From: a virus
Lineage: Duplodnaviria > Caudoviricetes
DNA: 64,000 nucleotides
IMG/VR virus record: IMGVR_UViG_3300025383_000009
Reading direction: 5' to 3' (one strand)
In this document: piece by piece, positions 17,797-27,368 of the stretch
Numbering within the stretch: position 1 is the stretch's first letter
How the letters are laid out: every line of letters begins with the position of its first letter
Notes under the pieces: generated by a model
Databases searched by the model: none
Told to the model about the DNA's origin: nothing
The model's input: the letters and a program-made list of their open reading frames with translations, nothing else
Made by a program: the position numbers and the translations under genes

Positions 17797-18885
17797 TTAT
17801 GTCTTAGTTTGGAGTTCGTCTATCTCTTGTTCTATAGTCTTATCAGGGTGTTCTGGGATATGATCTGCAGGCATCTTGGTTGGGTGCCAAGCTTCCTCAG
17901 TTGCTGGACTGATATACTCGTCAGGGTTAATACTATCCTCATAGTGCAAACCATGGTTGCCGTTCTGAGCTACAGTATCTATACGACTCTCATCCCAGTC
18001 TGCTTCTTCTGGGAGGGGTGTAGGATCTGGTTCAAGCCACTTACGTTTACGAGGCTTTTTCTTTTTAGGAGGATCAATAGGGTAATTGAGCCAAGGTTCT
18101 AGGTCCTCAGGTTCTACTTTAGGTTGACTTTTTTTTAGCGACCAGTTGACTGCTACTAACATTAGCACGGCAAGTGGATCGAACACTAACACGATCATGA
18201 TGATGACCCAACGGACAGCCTTTTCAAGCATGGTTTGGTCTAGAGTATCACCATAGATGAGTGCTGCGATGTACTTGATAGGACCAACCTCAGCCTCGAT
18301 CTTACGGGCTTGAGATGCCACGGGCGCACGTTCACCTTGTAGCTTAACTATAGCTGCCTGAGCTGATGAGATATCGTTCTGTAGTCTCTTACGTTCTGCA
18401 CCCTGTGATCGTCTAATCTGTACAGCTTTGTCTGCTCCTTGTTCGTCTGTAGATCTACTTAACTTCTGATCCACCTGAGCATCCATCTGAGCTAATGCTT
18501 TACGAGCTGCCTCGATGTTATCACGCTGTGTCTTGATCTTTTCATCAAAGATCTGTACTTGTGCTGATACGTCTCCAGCTGGGACAGCTTGGTCAAGGTG
18601 AGCTTTTGATAAGAAACCAAAAATACCCATAGATGTAATCATCATGAGGATAATTACTGCTGTAGTAAAGTAGATCCTAAATGTATTAGGAACATCTTGC
18701 CAGTTTCTGTATAACCATGAGGCTACGACTAACTTAGATACTTCAAGTATCCCACCCATGATGATGATTGGAACTACGGCTGCAGCAAATATAGCTGTTA
18801 AGCCTGCAATAGAGTAGAACGCAGCGATACAACTCAGCGATATTGCTGATACAAACATTATGCTCGTCATTACTTTATCGTTCAT
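17797..18885 (-). CDS. Membrane-anchored coiled-coil protein with acidic Pro-rich tail
   Basis: N-terminal TM helices, AEVGPIKYIA, VFDPLAVL; tail motif AQNGNHGLHY. Confidence 0.7.
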   Translation of the reverse strand: MNDKVMTSIMFVSAISLSCIAAFYSIAGLTAIFAAAVVPIIIMGGILEVSKLVVASWLYRNWQDVPNTFRIYFTTAVIILMMITSMGIFGFLSKAHLDQAVPAGDVSAQVQIFDEKIKTQRDNIEAARKALAQMDAQVDQKLSRSTDEQGADKAVQIRRSQGAERKRLQNDISSAQAAIVKLQGERAPVASQARKIEAEVGPIKYIAALIYGDTLDQTMLEKAVRWVIIMIVLVFDPLAVLMLVAVNWSLKKSQPKVEPEDLEPWLNYPIDPPKKKKPRKRKWLEPDPTPLPEEADWDESRIDTVAQNGNHGLHYEDSINPDEYISPATEEAWHPTKMPADHIPEHPDKTIEQEIDELQTKT

Positions 18886-19172
18886 TTTTTCTTTGTTCTA
18901 GCTCTTGTCTCTACAATAAGAGCATCTTGTATACGGATCTTATCGTCCTGTGCCTTAATTTGTTTCTTTAAATCTTCTATACGTTCGATCAATATTAGAT
19001 CTTCTGAGTTTAGGTTATTCCATCTACTCGTTGCTTCATCTATACGTTTATTTTGATAGACGATCTGCTCATGATAATCCACCATCTGGATATAACACAT
19101 GAATGATGTATATAAACATGCAGCGCATAATAACGTTAACATGAATCCAATTACTCTCAACTTAATTCTCAT
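18882..19172 (-). CDS. Hypothetical TM + coiled-coil protein
   Basis: ORF tiling; N-terminal hydrophobic helix. Confidence 0.6.
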   Translation of the reverse strand: MRIKLRVIGFMLTLLCAACLYTSFMCYIQMVDYHEQIVYQNKRIDEATSRWNNLNSEDLILIERIEDLKKQIKAQDDKIRIQDALIVETRARTKKK

Positions 19173-19593
19173 ACTTTATATGACTCCTATGTACACGACA
19201 GTTCACGATCCCATTATACCACTTATCTGGGTTTTCTAATACTTCATTTTGCATTTGTAATTTTGCTTCAAAATAACTTGCGGTACCTTTGGATAAGCAA
19301 AACATTAGGATTTCCCGTTTGAACTTATCTTCTCCTAATGCCTTGACATCATCTATTACTTCTTTTGATGAGGACCAATATGTCCTCCAATCTGATTCTA
19401 TCTTGCTGCGGATTTTCTTTTTCTTTTTGTTACCGTTTTTAAGCGTAACTGTTCTTGTAGCAGTCTTAGAAAATTTAGTGAGTTTCTTACCAATATACTT
19501 TTTATTGGTAATGCAGTTAGTAATGATATATACAAACCCAACATATTTATCGTCAATAGTCTCAACGGGCACATTGTTGTACATCCATGTCAT
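19162..19593 (-). CDS. GIY-YIG endonuclease (short)
   Basis: GFVYIITNCITNKKYIGKK, YWSSS, YNGIV. Confidence 0.8.
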   Translation of the reverse strand: MTWMYNNVPVETIDDKYVGFVYIITNCITNKKYIGKKLTKFSKTATRTVTLKNGNKKKKKIRSKIESDWRTYWSSSKEVIDDVKALGEDKFKREILMFCLSKGTASYFEAKLQMQNEVLENPDKWYNGIVNCRVHRSHIKYEN

Positions 19594-19733
19594 TCATCAT
19601 CCTCGTCTTCTTCAAATATATCTGCACCGCATACTGGACAATACACAATATCTTCAATCGTAACATCGTTAGTCTTAACGGTCACCTTGCCTGTTGACTC
19701 ACAGTTCTCGCAATGAAAATATTTTGTTGCCAT
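19590..19733 (-). CDS. 47-aa zinc-ribbon protein, not in ORF track
   Basis: MATKYFHCENC...YCPVCGADIFEEDEDDE; TAATG-coupled to nrdB and ATGA-coupled to the GIY-YIG gene. Confidence 0.75.
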   Translation of the reverse strand: MATKYFHCENCESTGKVTVKTNDVTIEDIVYCPVCGADIFEEDEDDE

Positions 19734-20713
19734 TATTGGGCTCCTCCCCATACATCTTCCCATGAACCTTTAAGTGCACCCTTCGCATAGTCGGTTACAC
19801 GGTTCTCAAAGAAGTTACCATGAACTGGAGCATTGATCATCTCCTCAACCCATGGTAGCGGGTTCTTTTTAACTTTAAAAATACCTTTTAATCCGAGTGA
19901 GATCAAACGCCTATCAGCGATGTAACGGATGTATTGTTTAACATCTACTGGCTCTAACTCTCTCATGTGTGTACCTGAGAATGATAAATCAATAAACTTA
20001 TCTTCGAGTTGAACCATCTTCTCAGCTATAGTATATATGCGACCCTTCAAGTCATCATTCCATATCTCGTTGTTCTCTTTGATAAATGTTTTAAATAGCT
20101 TAATCATGTTCTCAGCGTGCATAGTTTCATCAACGATTGACCATGTAACGATCTGACCCATACCTTTCATCAAACCATGACGAGGAAAATTAAGCAGCAT
20201 GATAAAAGAACTAAAAAGCTGCATACCCTCCGTGAAAGCAGAGAATACTGCGATGTGCGTTGCAGTTGAAGATAAGTCACCGTTTTTCGAACTGAGTTCC
20301 GTAACATAGTCGTGTTTGTCCTTCATTTCTTGGTATTCAAGGAATTCATTATATGTAGATTCTGGCATACCTAACGTCTCAATCAAGTGAGAGTATGCTG
20401 CGATATGTAATGCTTCGCGAGCCGCAAAGCCCATAAGCATCATTCGAACTTCTGGTTGAGGGAAGTATGGTAGGTAGTTCTTAACATAACCGCCGGCAAC
20501 GTCGATGTCACCTTGCGTAAAGAACCTAAATATATTAGTAAGGAACTGCTTCTCTTCCTTTGTTAACTTCTTCTTCCAGTCCTTAACATCTTCTGCCATA
20601 GGAACTTCTGTATGTAACCAATGTGCCTGTTCATGTTTCAACCATGCGTCATATGCCCATGGATAATTGAATGGCTTAAAGTATTCTCTCGTATCGGTTA
20701 ATTTGTCTGCCAT
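19733..20713 (-). CDS. nrdB: Ribonucleotide reductase class I beta subunit
   Basis: Diiron ligands in REALH and DETMH, EGMQLFSSF, NFFENRVTDY. Confidence 0.96.
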   Translation of the reverse strand: MADKLTDTREYFKPFNYPWAYDAWLKHEQAHWLHTEVPMAEDVKDWKKKLTKEEKQFLTNIFRFFTQGDIDVAGGYVKNYLPYFPQPEVRMMLMGFAAREALHIAAYSHLIETLGMPESTYNEFLEYQEMKDKHDYVTELSSKNGDLSSTATHIAVFSAFTEGMQLFSSFIMLLNFPRHGLMKGMGQIVTWSIVDETMHAENMIKLFKTFIKENNEIWNDDLKGRIYTIAEKMVQLEDKFIDLSFSGTHMRELEPVDVKQYIRYIADRRLISLGLKGIFKVKKNPLPWVEEMINAPVHGNFFENRVTDYAKGALKGSWEDVWGGAQ

Positions 20714-21255
20714 TAGATGTTCAACTCTTTCTTTAGTTCGTTAAATAAATTCATACAATGATCAAATCCTGCTATTGCTTCGTCTAATAGATCTATACTT
20801 AACTTAGAGTCTATGTATGCAATGCATGCAGGTCTATCTTCAAATGCATAAGCATGACTGGGTCCTGGTACTAACTTACCTATCATCTTACCACCGTATA
20901 AATCACCCATATGTCTTACATATACATGAGCCATGATCTGGTCTGGTCGACTATCAGCTAAAGATAATAGATGAAACATGTAATTCTTTGTACTTATATA
21001 AGGTGCCACGATAGTTCCACCTAACTCTGCAATATCAAGTGATATCTTATGAGTACGTCTAAGGTCTTCCATACCTTCAAACAGCCCATGAACTGTAGCG
21101 CATGCTTCTAGTGTAGAGTATATATGCCACATCTGTTGAAGGTATGTAAGATAGTGTTCCTTAGTTATCTTACCAGTGAACATATACTGGACAAAATCAG
21201 ATCCTTCGACCTCTTTGTGTTTTGCTCGAGTATGTTCTGTAAGTATCGTTGCCAT
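20713..21255 (-). CDS. Heme oxygenase
   Basis: TRAKHKEVE (proximal His), AHVYVRHMGDLYGG. Confidence 0.88.
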   Translation of the reverse strand: MATILTEHTRAKHKEVEGSDFVQYMFTGKITKEHYLTYLQQMWHIYSTLEACATVHGLFEGMEDLRRTHKISLDIAELGGTIVAPYISTKNYMFHLLSLADSRPDQIMAHVYVRHMGDLYGGKMIGKLVPGPSHAYAFEDRPACIAYIDSKLSIDLLDEAIAGFDHCMNLFNELKKELNI

Positions 21256-21971
21256 TACTTAGCGATTGGTAAGTTAAACTTAATACCAGTTGCTTGCTCG
21301 ATTGCTGGTACAGTTGTTTGATACTTAGGCAAGTCTTTAACGGGTAATGCAGCGTTTGGCATTAACCATGCAGTAACTTTCTTACTATTCTTTTCATAAA
21401 CGATCTTATATAAACGAGTAGGGATACCTAAACCACTACCGATCTTTTGATAACCTTGATCCCAAATACCACCAGAGATAACATAGAAGTCTGTGTTTGG
21501 TGTTGCAACCCATTGACGTTCATATGTTTCTGCTTGTTTCCAAATACCACGATTGTTGTTAGCTACTTGTGGAACCATGTTTGATAAGTTAAAACTCTCA
21601 CTCATGATCGCATCGCTCTGTGTGTTGTTACCTGCTGGTGCCATATGACCGCGGTCATGTGTTTTACCAACGATAGCATAGTCAGCTAGGGATGCTGAAC
21701 AGTTAGGTGTTACTAATGCATCAGGGTGAAAATTATCTTTACGTTTTGCTGGTCCACTGATTGCTGCTTTTGTTAAATGCTCAAACACTGCTTCTGGAGC
21801 TTTAACATCACAACGATGGATTACTGCATAGTTTAAATGACATAACTCTTGGTCACCTGCTTTTGCTGTATATGTTGGTAATGCTGCTTCAAACTGACTG
21901 CAGTCTTTTAAACCTGCAAATGCTGCTGTTGTTGCTGATGCAAAAAATAATGCTGCTATAATCTTTTTCAT
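21255..21971 (-). CDS. Secreted DNA/RNA non-specific endonuclease (NucA/EndA family)
   Basis: Signal peptide; DRGHMAP, ESFNLSNMVPQ, NNRGIW, GIPTRLYK. Confidence 0.92.
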   Translation of the reverse strand: MKKIIAALFFASATTAAFAGLKDCSQFEAALPTYTAKAGDQELCHLNYAVIHRCDVKAPEAVFEHLTKAAISGPAKRKDNFHPDALVTPNCSASLADYAIVGKTHDRGHMAPAGNNTQSDAIMSESFNLSNMVPQVANNNRGIWKQAETYERQWVATPNTDFYVISGGIWDQGYQKIGSGLGIPTRLYKIVYEKNSKKVTAWLMPNAALPVKDLPKYQTTVPAIEQATGIKFNLPIAK

Positions 21972-22165
21972 TTATTGTCCTCGGTTTCTAAATATATATT
22001 ACACTCACTTACTGTTATGTCTTTGATCTTCACTTTCTTACCATCAATCCTCACAAAGACATGAGGTTCAACGTACTTCTTCTTTAAAGATGCTGCATTG
22101 TTTGTTGCTAAAAAGATATTACGTCCAGCATCTTTTAATCTTTTAATCATTCCTTCGATATGCAT
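21968..22165 (-). CDS. Hypothetical protein
   Basis: Probable start 22165, directly after the hss stop. Confidence 0.55.
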   Translation of the reverse strand: MHIEGMIKRLKDAGRNIFLATNNAASLKKKYVEPHVFVRIDGKKVKIKDITVSECNIYLETEDNK

Positions 22166-22166
22166 G

Positions 22167-23606
22167 TTATGTCCAGACCCTATAGTTTTCGTAAGCACAT
22201 GGATTTTTTGGATCCAACTCTCTGTAGAATAAACTGTTGACATCTTTGAATGGTGTCCATTTTGTCTCGACGAATGGGACTTTACCTAGATATGGGTCAG
22301 CATACTTCAATACGAAGTCATATGGTATTGCTTCTGGCTCCACATAACCTTCATTAGGATTCTCTATTGCCCATATCATTGCACCTAACATTGATGCAAC
22401 AACCTGTAATGATGTAGCGTTCTCTCCTGGTATTAGTCTCCTTGCTTCCTCGATAGTTAACTGTGAACCGTGCCACATACCAAAGTCATCCCCCAATAAT
22501 AGCACACCTAATTCATCCATACCACCCACGATCTCATCCTTAGCGATGCGTAGTTTAGTATGTAGATCTAACTCTTTACCTCTCATCTCATGTACTGAAG
22601 CGATAGCTGCATCACATGGTTGATAGACGTAGTATACTGATGGCCTAAACGATTTATCTTTAGTTTCAAAGTATTCTGATATCGTTACAGCTTCTGAGTG
22701 TTGGATATGGAAGCCATTGTATTGACCACCTAATGGAACCCATGATCTTAGTAACACTGATACACCGGGTTGGAATAGGTATGCAGTGTTACCTTGTGCT
22801 TTACCATTCTCTGGGTTAGTATCTTCGTGTGTACCCCAACCCATCTCAGCGGGAGCTCTACCTTCTGCCCAAAAACCTTCACATGACCATGTATTTACAA
22901 ACTCATTCTTTTCTTTTGGTTCACCAAGGACTTGTGTGTCACGTTCTGCAACATGTACTACCTTAACACCAACCTTCTTCATCAACTGTGCCCAACCTTC
23001 TTTATCGGTTGGTACTACATACTTGATGCCTTTCTTTTCTGCTAACTTGAGTAACGCTCTCTTAGTAAGGTGTGTCACCAAACCAGGGTTTGCACCATGA
23101 GTTCCAACAACCGTTGCTGCACCTTTGTACTTCTCTGCCATAGCACGAACTTCTTTATGAGTATGGTATAGTGTACGTTCTGCTAGTTTAGGGATAGTCT
23201 CGTCTGGTTCATCTTCCCATCTTTCAAGAGATGTATTGATGTAATGAACACCATGTTTTAAACACCATTCAAGGATCTCAAGTGCACCGATGTTTAGTGA
23301 TACATCGATAACAAACCCACCTTCATCTACATACTTTGATAGTGTAGATTCTAAGTTATTCCTTAAGATCTCTTTCTTAATGTATGTGACTGCAGACTTA
23401 CCATTACGTTCTTTAAAAGTTTTTTCGTTCTCACCCTTCTCAAGCACTATAATGTTAGATGCTTCAGATGTGATGTGTCTAAGGATTATTGGTAAGATCG
23501 CTTGACCTACAGATCCATAACCTAAGATCAAGATCTTCCTACCATCAAACTTTACATACTTCTTATTTTTATAGTCTATGAACTTACTAAAATTTTCTAT
23601 TGCCAT
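22167..23606 (-). CDS. hss: Homospermidine synthase
   Basis: Rossmann LGYGSVG, HGANPGLV, HVAERDTQ, NTWSCEGF, NATSLQV. Confidence 0.92.
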   Translation of the reverse strand: MAIENFSKFIDYKNKKYVKFDGRKILILGYGSVGQAILPIILRHITSEASNIIVLEKGENEKTFKERNGKSAVTYIKKEILRNNLESTLSKYVDEGGFVIDVSLNIGALEILEWCLKHGVHYINTSLERWEDEPDETIPKLAERTLYHTHKEVRAMAEKYKGAATVVGTHGANPGLVTHLTKRALLKLAEKKGIKYVVPTDKEGWAQLMKKVGVKVVHVAERDTQVLGEPKEKNEFVNTWSCEGFWAEGRAPAEMGWGTHEDTNPENGKAQGNTAYLFQPGVSVLLRSWVPLGGQYNGFHIQHSEAVTISEYFETKDKSFRPSVYYVYQPCDAAIASVHEMRGKELDLHTKLRIAKDEIVGGMDELGVLLLGDDFGMWHGSQLTIEEARRLIPGENATSLQVVASMLGAMIWAIENPNEGYVEPEAIPYDFVLKYADPYLGKVPFVETKWTPFKDVNSLFYRELDPKNPCAYENYRVWT

Positions 23607-23639
23607 TTTAATCCCTATATTTTGTGAATAGTGTGAAGG

Positions 23640-25424
23640 TCATCCTTCACAGGCAAGACAAGTGTCTCCGTCTGTCATTGCTTTAAGGTTGATTTCCGCT
23701 ATCACTTCACGTTCAATACGTTTAGATACTTTGTCTGCCTTAGCAATCTTATCCGAACGACAATAATACATAGTCTTTAATTTTTGTTTCCATGCCATAA
23801 AGTGTACTGCATGGACGTATTTGATGTTACTATCTGGTCTAAAGAATACGTTTAAGCTTTGTGCTTGGTCGATAAACTCTTGACGGTCTGCTGCATGCTG
23901 CACCACCCATCGTTGGTCAATCTCCATAGAAGTCTTGAACACATCCTTGGTCCAATCGTCAAGTATATCCAAATGTTGAACTGAACCATCATTCGCAATA
24001 ATTGAAGACCAAACCTCATCATATTTATCACCAGCTTTCTCCTTTATAATCTTGTCAAGGTACTGGTTCTTGTGTAGATGGGATCCTGATAAGGTATCTT
24101 GTCTATACGCATTTGCTCTAAATGGTTCGATTGAGGGTGATGTATTTCCCATGAGGATCGAAGAACTAGCGTTAGGAGCAATAGCCATAAGATGACTAAA
24201 ACGGTTACCCGTACCCACTGCGTCGGGTGCTTCACCTCGTTCTTTACCCAATTGCTGATTCGCTTTGTCCAAGCTTGATCTAATGTGTGCGAAGATCTGT
24301 TTATTAAGTCCCGTTGCCATTGCACTTTCCCAGGGAGTATTTCTTCGCTGAAGGAGAGCATGCCAGCCAAGAGCACCAATGCCAATGCTCCGCTCACGAG
24401 AAGCAGAATACTTAGCACGCTTAATAGTGCTAGGAGCATTGTCAATAAAATATTGCAAGACATTATCCAGCATTTCTGCAACATCTTTAAGAAAAAGTTT
24501 GTCATCTTTCCAATCATCATAATACTCCAAGTTTAAACTAGATAAGCAGCATACAGCTGTTCTCTTTTCATTAGTAGGTAAAATAATCTCGGAGCATAGG
24601 TTAGATTGATGTACTTTTAAACCTTTGTCCTTTAACCATTGAGGCAACTTTCTATTAGACTCATCGATAAAGTGCAGGTATGGTTCACCTGTTTGCATAC
24701 GTAATTCTAATAGCTTTTGCCATAATTCTTTTGCTGATACCACTTCCCTTACTTCACCTGAGTGTGGATCTTTTAGTTCCCAATCATCGTTAGCTTCAGG
24801 ATCCTTCATACAATTTTCAATAATCTCCATGAATGCATCAGGAATATTAACACCATGATGTAAGTTCAAGCATCGCATGTTTTGGTCACCTGTTGGCTTA
24901 CGCATTTCCAAGAACATCATAATGTCCGGATGACTAATGTCAAGGTAAGCAGCGTAGCTACCCCTACGAGTACGACCTTGGCGGTATGCGAGAGAACTAG
25001 CGTCGTACATTTTAAGATGAGGCATAACACCAGTAGATTTGTCATCAGCACTACGAATACCAAAGCCGATGCCAACACCACCCCCAAGCATAGATAGCCA
25101 ATTTGTTTCAGATAAGTTTTCAACTAAACCCTCCGCGGTGTCTTCAATAAAGTTAAGGAAGCAGGAAATTGGAAGACCTCGTTTGCTGCGGCCAAATGAA
25201 AGGATAGGAGTAGCATAGGATAACCAGTGCTTGCTGCTATACTCATATAATCTTTGCGCATGGAATTTATCTGTTGCGAAGGCTGATGATACGAATGCAA
25301 ACCTCTCTTGAGGACTTACTTCATTATCTGCCATGTATGACTCTTTTAACCTAATCATTCCCAATTCATCGAACAATGAATCTCGTGAATAGTCTACCTT
25401 AATACCGTGGACTTCGTCAGTCAT
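23640..25424 (-). CDS. nrdA: Ribonucleotide reductase class I alpha subunit (short, no ATP cone)
   Basis: LPISCFL, SNLCSEI, AIAPNASSS, TMYYCR, CLACEG. Confidence 0.96.
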   Translation of the reverse strand: MTDEVHGIKVDYSRDSLFDELGMIRLKESYMADNEVSPQERFAFVSSAFATDKFHAQRLYEYSSKHWLSYATPILSFGRSKRGLPISCFLNFIEDTAEGLVENLSETNWLSMLGGGVGIGFGIRSADDKSTGVMPHLKMYDASSLAYRQGRTRRGSYAAYLDISHPDIMMFLEMRKPTGDQNMRCLNLHHGVNIPDAFMEIIENCMKDPEANDDWELKDPHSGEVREVVSAKELWQKLLELRMQTGEPYLHFIDESNRKLPQWLKDKGLKVHQSNLCSEIILPTNEKRTAVCCLSSLNLEYYDDWKDDKLFLKDVAEMLDNVLQYFIDNAPSTIKRAKYSASRERSIGIGALGWHALLQRRNTPWESAMATGLNKQIFAHIRSSLDKANQQLGKERGEAPDAVGTGNRFSHLMAIAPNASSSILMGNTSPSIEPFRANAYRQDTLSGSHLHKNQYLDKIIKEKAGDKYDEVWSSIIANDGSVQHLDILDDWTKDVFKTSMEIDQRWVVQHAADRQEFIDQAQSLNVFFRPDSNIKYVHAVHFMAWKQKLKTMYYCRSDKIAKADKVSKRIEREVIAEINLKAMTDGDTCLACEG

Positions 25425-25456
25425 TTTAACTCCAATAATTTAATTTAACTATTTTG

Positions 25457-25464
25457 TATTTATA
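25457..25464 (-). promoter_or_regulatory. T4 late-type promoter upstream of nrdA
   Basis: TATAAATA. Confidence 0.55.
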
Positions 25465-26341
25465 CTTGGGATTCTACTCGATAGGCTGATAGACACATAT
25501 CTTTCAAACTATACTGTGGGTGTAACAGGTTGAATTGATTAGTAATTGCTAGGGATGCTGGATCACCATCTCTTCGACCTGCCATTTTTACTTGAAAATC
25601 TATACCTGTGACCTCTTTCATGGTCTTAACGACTTCTTTGACTGAGTATCCATTTCCTGTTCCAATGCATTCATACGGCGTGTTAAAAGGACCATGCTTA
25701 ATAGTATCACGAATAGCGTTAACAAGATCCACAACATGAATATAGTCCCGCACGCAACTCCCATCACGTGTATCATAATCATCTCCATAAATTGACATAT
25801 AATCTCTTTTACCTGCAGCTGTCTCTGCTGCTATCCTAATTAGATGTGATGCTCGACCAACTTGTCTGTGTATACCATCAGAACCTGCAACGTTAAAGAA
25901 CCTGAATATGGTATATGACCTTGATTGTTCTTTGATGACGTCTTCTGCTGCCAACTTAGACCTTGCATAAGGTGACTGTGCATCAAATGCTCCAGCTGTA
26001 GACGCAAATATGAAGTGAGGTTCACCATTTATACGCTGCCTTAACATGTTTACAGTACCACCGAGGTTTGCTGAGTAGTACTTAGTTGGTCTTGCAACGC
26101 TTTCTTCTACTTGGATTAACCCTGCAAGGTGTACGATGACATCATAGTCTTCATCAACCACATGCTTTGTTACATCTTTGATAAGGATTCGTTGACAGTA
26201 TCTTGTAACATCATGATTATGTTTCTTCCATTCAATATCAAGACCGGTTATCTGGTGTCCAGCTTCAAATAAAACCTTTGCTAGATGAGATCCGATATAA
26301 CCTGTAACACCTGTGATTAATACTTTCAACATTTTCTCCAT
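25460..26341 (-). CDS. galE: UDP-glucose 4-epimerase-like SDR
   Basis: TGVTGYIGSH, YARSK, RFFNVAG, DGSCVRDYIHV. Confidence 0.88.
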   Translation of the reverse strand: MEKMLKVLITGVTGYIGSHLAKVLFEAGHQITGLDIEWKKHNHDVTRYCQRILIKDVTKHVVDEDYDVIVHLAGLIQVEESVARPTKYYSANLGGTVNMLRQRINGEPHFIFASTAGAFDAQSPYARSKLAAEDVIKEQSRSYTIFRFFNVAGSDGIHRQVGRASHLIRIAAETAAGKRDYMSIYGDDYDTRDGSCVRDYIHVVDLVNAIRDTIKHGPFNTPYECIGTGNGYSVKEVVKTMKEVTGIDFQVKMAGRRDGDPASLAITNQFNLLHPQYSLKDMCLSAYRVESQV

Positions 26342-27333
26342 TCAATAAACTTAAGCTTTGCTTCCATACCTTGGAATGTATTCGTATTTATCGTATCCAT
26401 GATAGACTCAATAGATTTACCATGTAACACCATCTCATTAATATCTTTATATTCTATGGTTTCTGGCCATAGGCATACTGCGTAGTCCTCATCAATTAAC
26501 TTCTCAATAAAGTTACAGATTTGTATGGATCTTGGTTCATTATCCATGATAAGAGTTGCATTATCTTTGATTGCTTGTATGAACTTAGTATCAAACCCTG
26601 CACCAGCCACAGCTATTGCATTAGGGATAAACATAGAATCTATTGGACCTTCTGTTACATAGATCCTCTTTATATGATCCATACGATCTATACCATAAAT
26701 CTTTTCTTTCTTTTCATCTAACTTAATTGTGATGTACTTGGGTTGTTCTTTACCAAGTGCTCTACCTTGAAAAGCAATGCATTTACCATCTTCATCATAG
26801 AACGGGATGATTAACCTTGGTGTATCATATGTTGTATCTGTAAAACTATATTTTAGTTTATTGACAAACTCTTTAAACTTGGGTACATAGTAGAGATCTT
26901 TCCAACGATCTTGCGGTATCTTACGAGATATAACATATTGTAAAGCTTCTTGGTTAGATTGTAAAGGTTGTGCACCTGCCAAGATAAGGTCTGTACATAT
27001 AGGCTGTGTGATCTCAGGTACGACTTCTTCGACCTTAGCATGAGGTGTGTGCTTAGAAGTATTTTCTTTATACCGTTCTAGTACATACTCGCTATAGACA
27101 GCTGGGTCAAGGTGTTTAATGAGGTTACCAATGCTCATGGATATGCCACAGTTATGGCACTTATACACTAACCTGTCTTTGTTCTTATAGACAAAGCCTC
27201 GAGCCTTTAACTCGTTCTTTTTGGAATCACCACATATCGGACAACTAAAGTTCCAATAGTAGTCATTTTTCTTTTTAAAGTTACGGAGTTTGTAGGAGAT
27301 TTGACCTACGAATCTTGCATCAATGTATAACAT
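26326..27333 (-). CDS. 61: DNA primase
   Basis: CPICGDS, YKCHNC zinc finger; VTEGPIDS; KDINEM. Confidence 0.94.
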   Translation of the reverse strand: MLYIDARFVGQISYKLRNFKKKNDYYWNFSCPICGDSKKNELKARGFVYKNKDRLVYKCHNCGISMSIGNLIKHLDPAVYSEYVLERYKENTSKHTPHAKVEEVVPEITQPICTDLILAGAQPLQSNQEALQYVISRKIPQDRWKDLYYVPKFKEFVNKLKYSFTDTTYDTPRLIIPFYDEDGKCIAFQGRALGKEQPKYITIKLDEKKEKIYGIDRMDHIKRIYVTEGPIDSMFIPNAIAVAGAGFDTKFIQAIKDNATLIMDNEPRSIQICNFIEKLIDEDYAVCLWPETIEYKDINEMVLHGKSIESIMDTINTNTFQGMEAKLKFIEWRKC

Positions 27334-27339
27334 AGAACC

Positions 27340-27368
27340 ATTATATAATATAACTCAATTAAAGTACA
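27340..27368 (-). promoter_or_regulatory. sigma70-type promoter, probably leaderless primase mRNA
   Basis: TGTACT-N17-TATAAT-N6-ATG. Confidence 0.75.

Noticed and set aside
640-21255. Cyanophage identity suggested by def, hsp20, speD, 2OG oxygenase and heme oxygenase
   Set aside because: No photosynthesis or bilin-reductase genes in the window; pqqA and the csgFG locus point to a heterotrophic, probably methylotrophic, proteobacterial host
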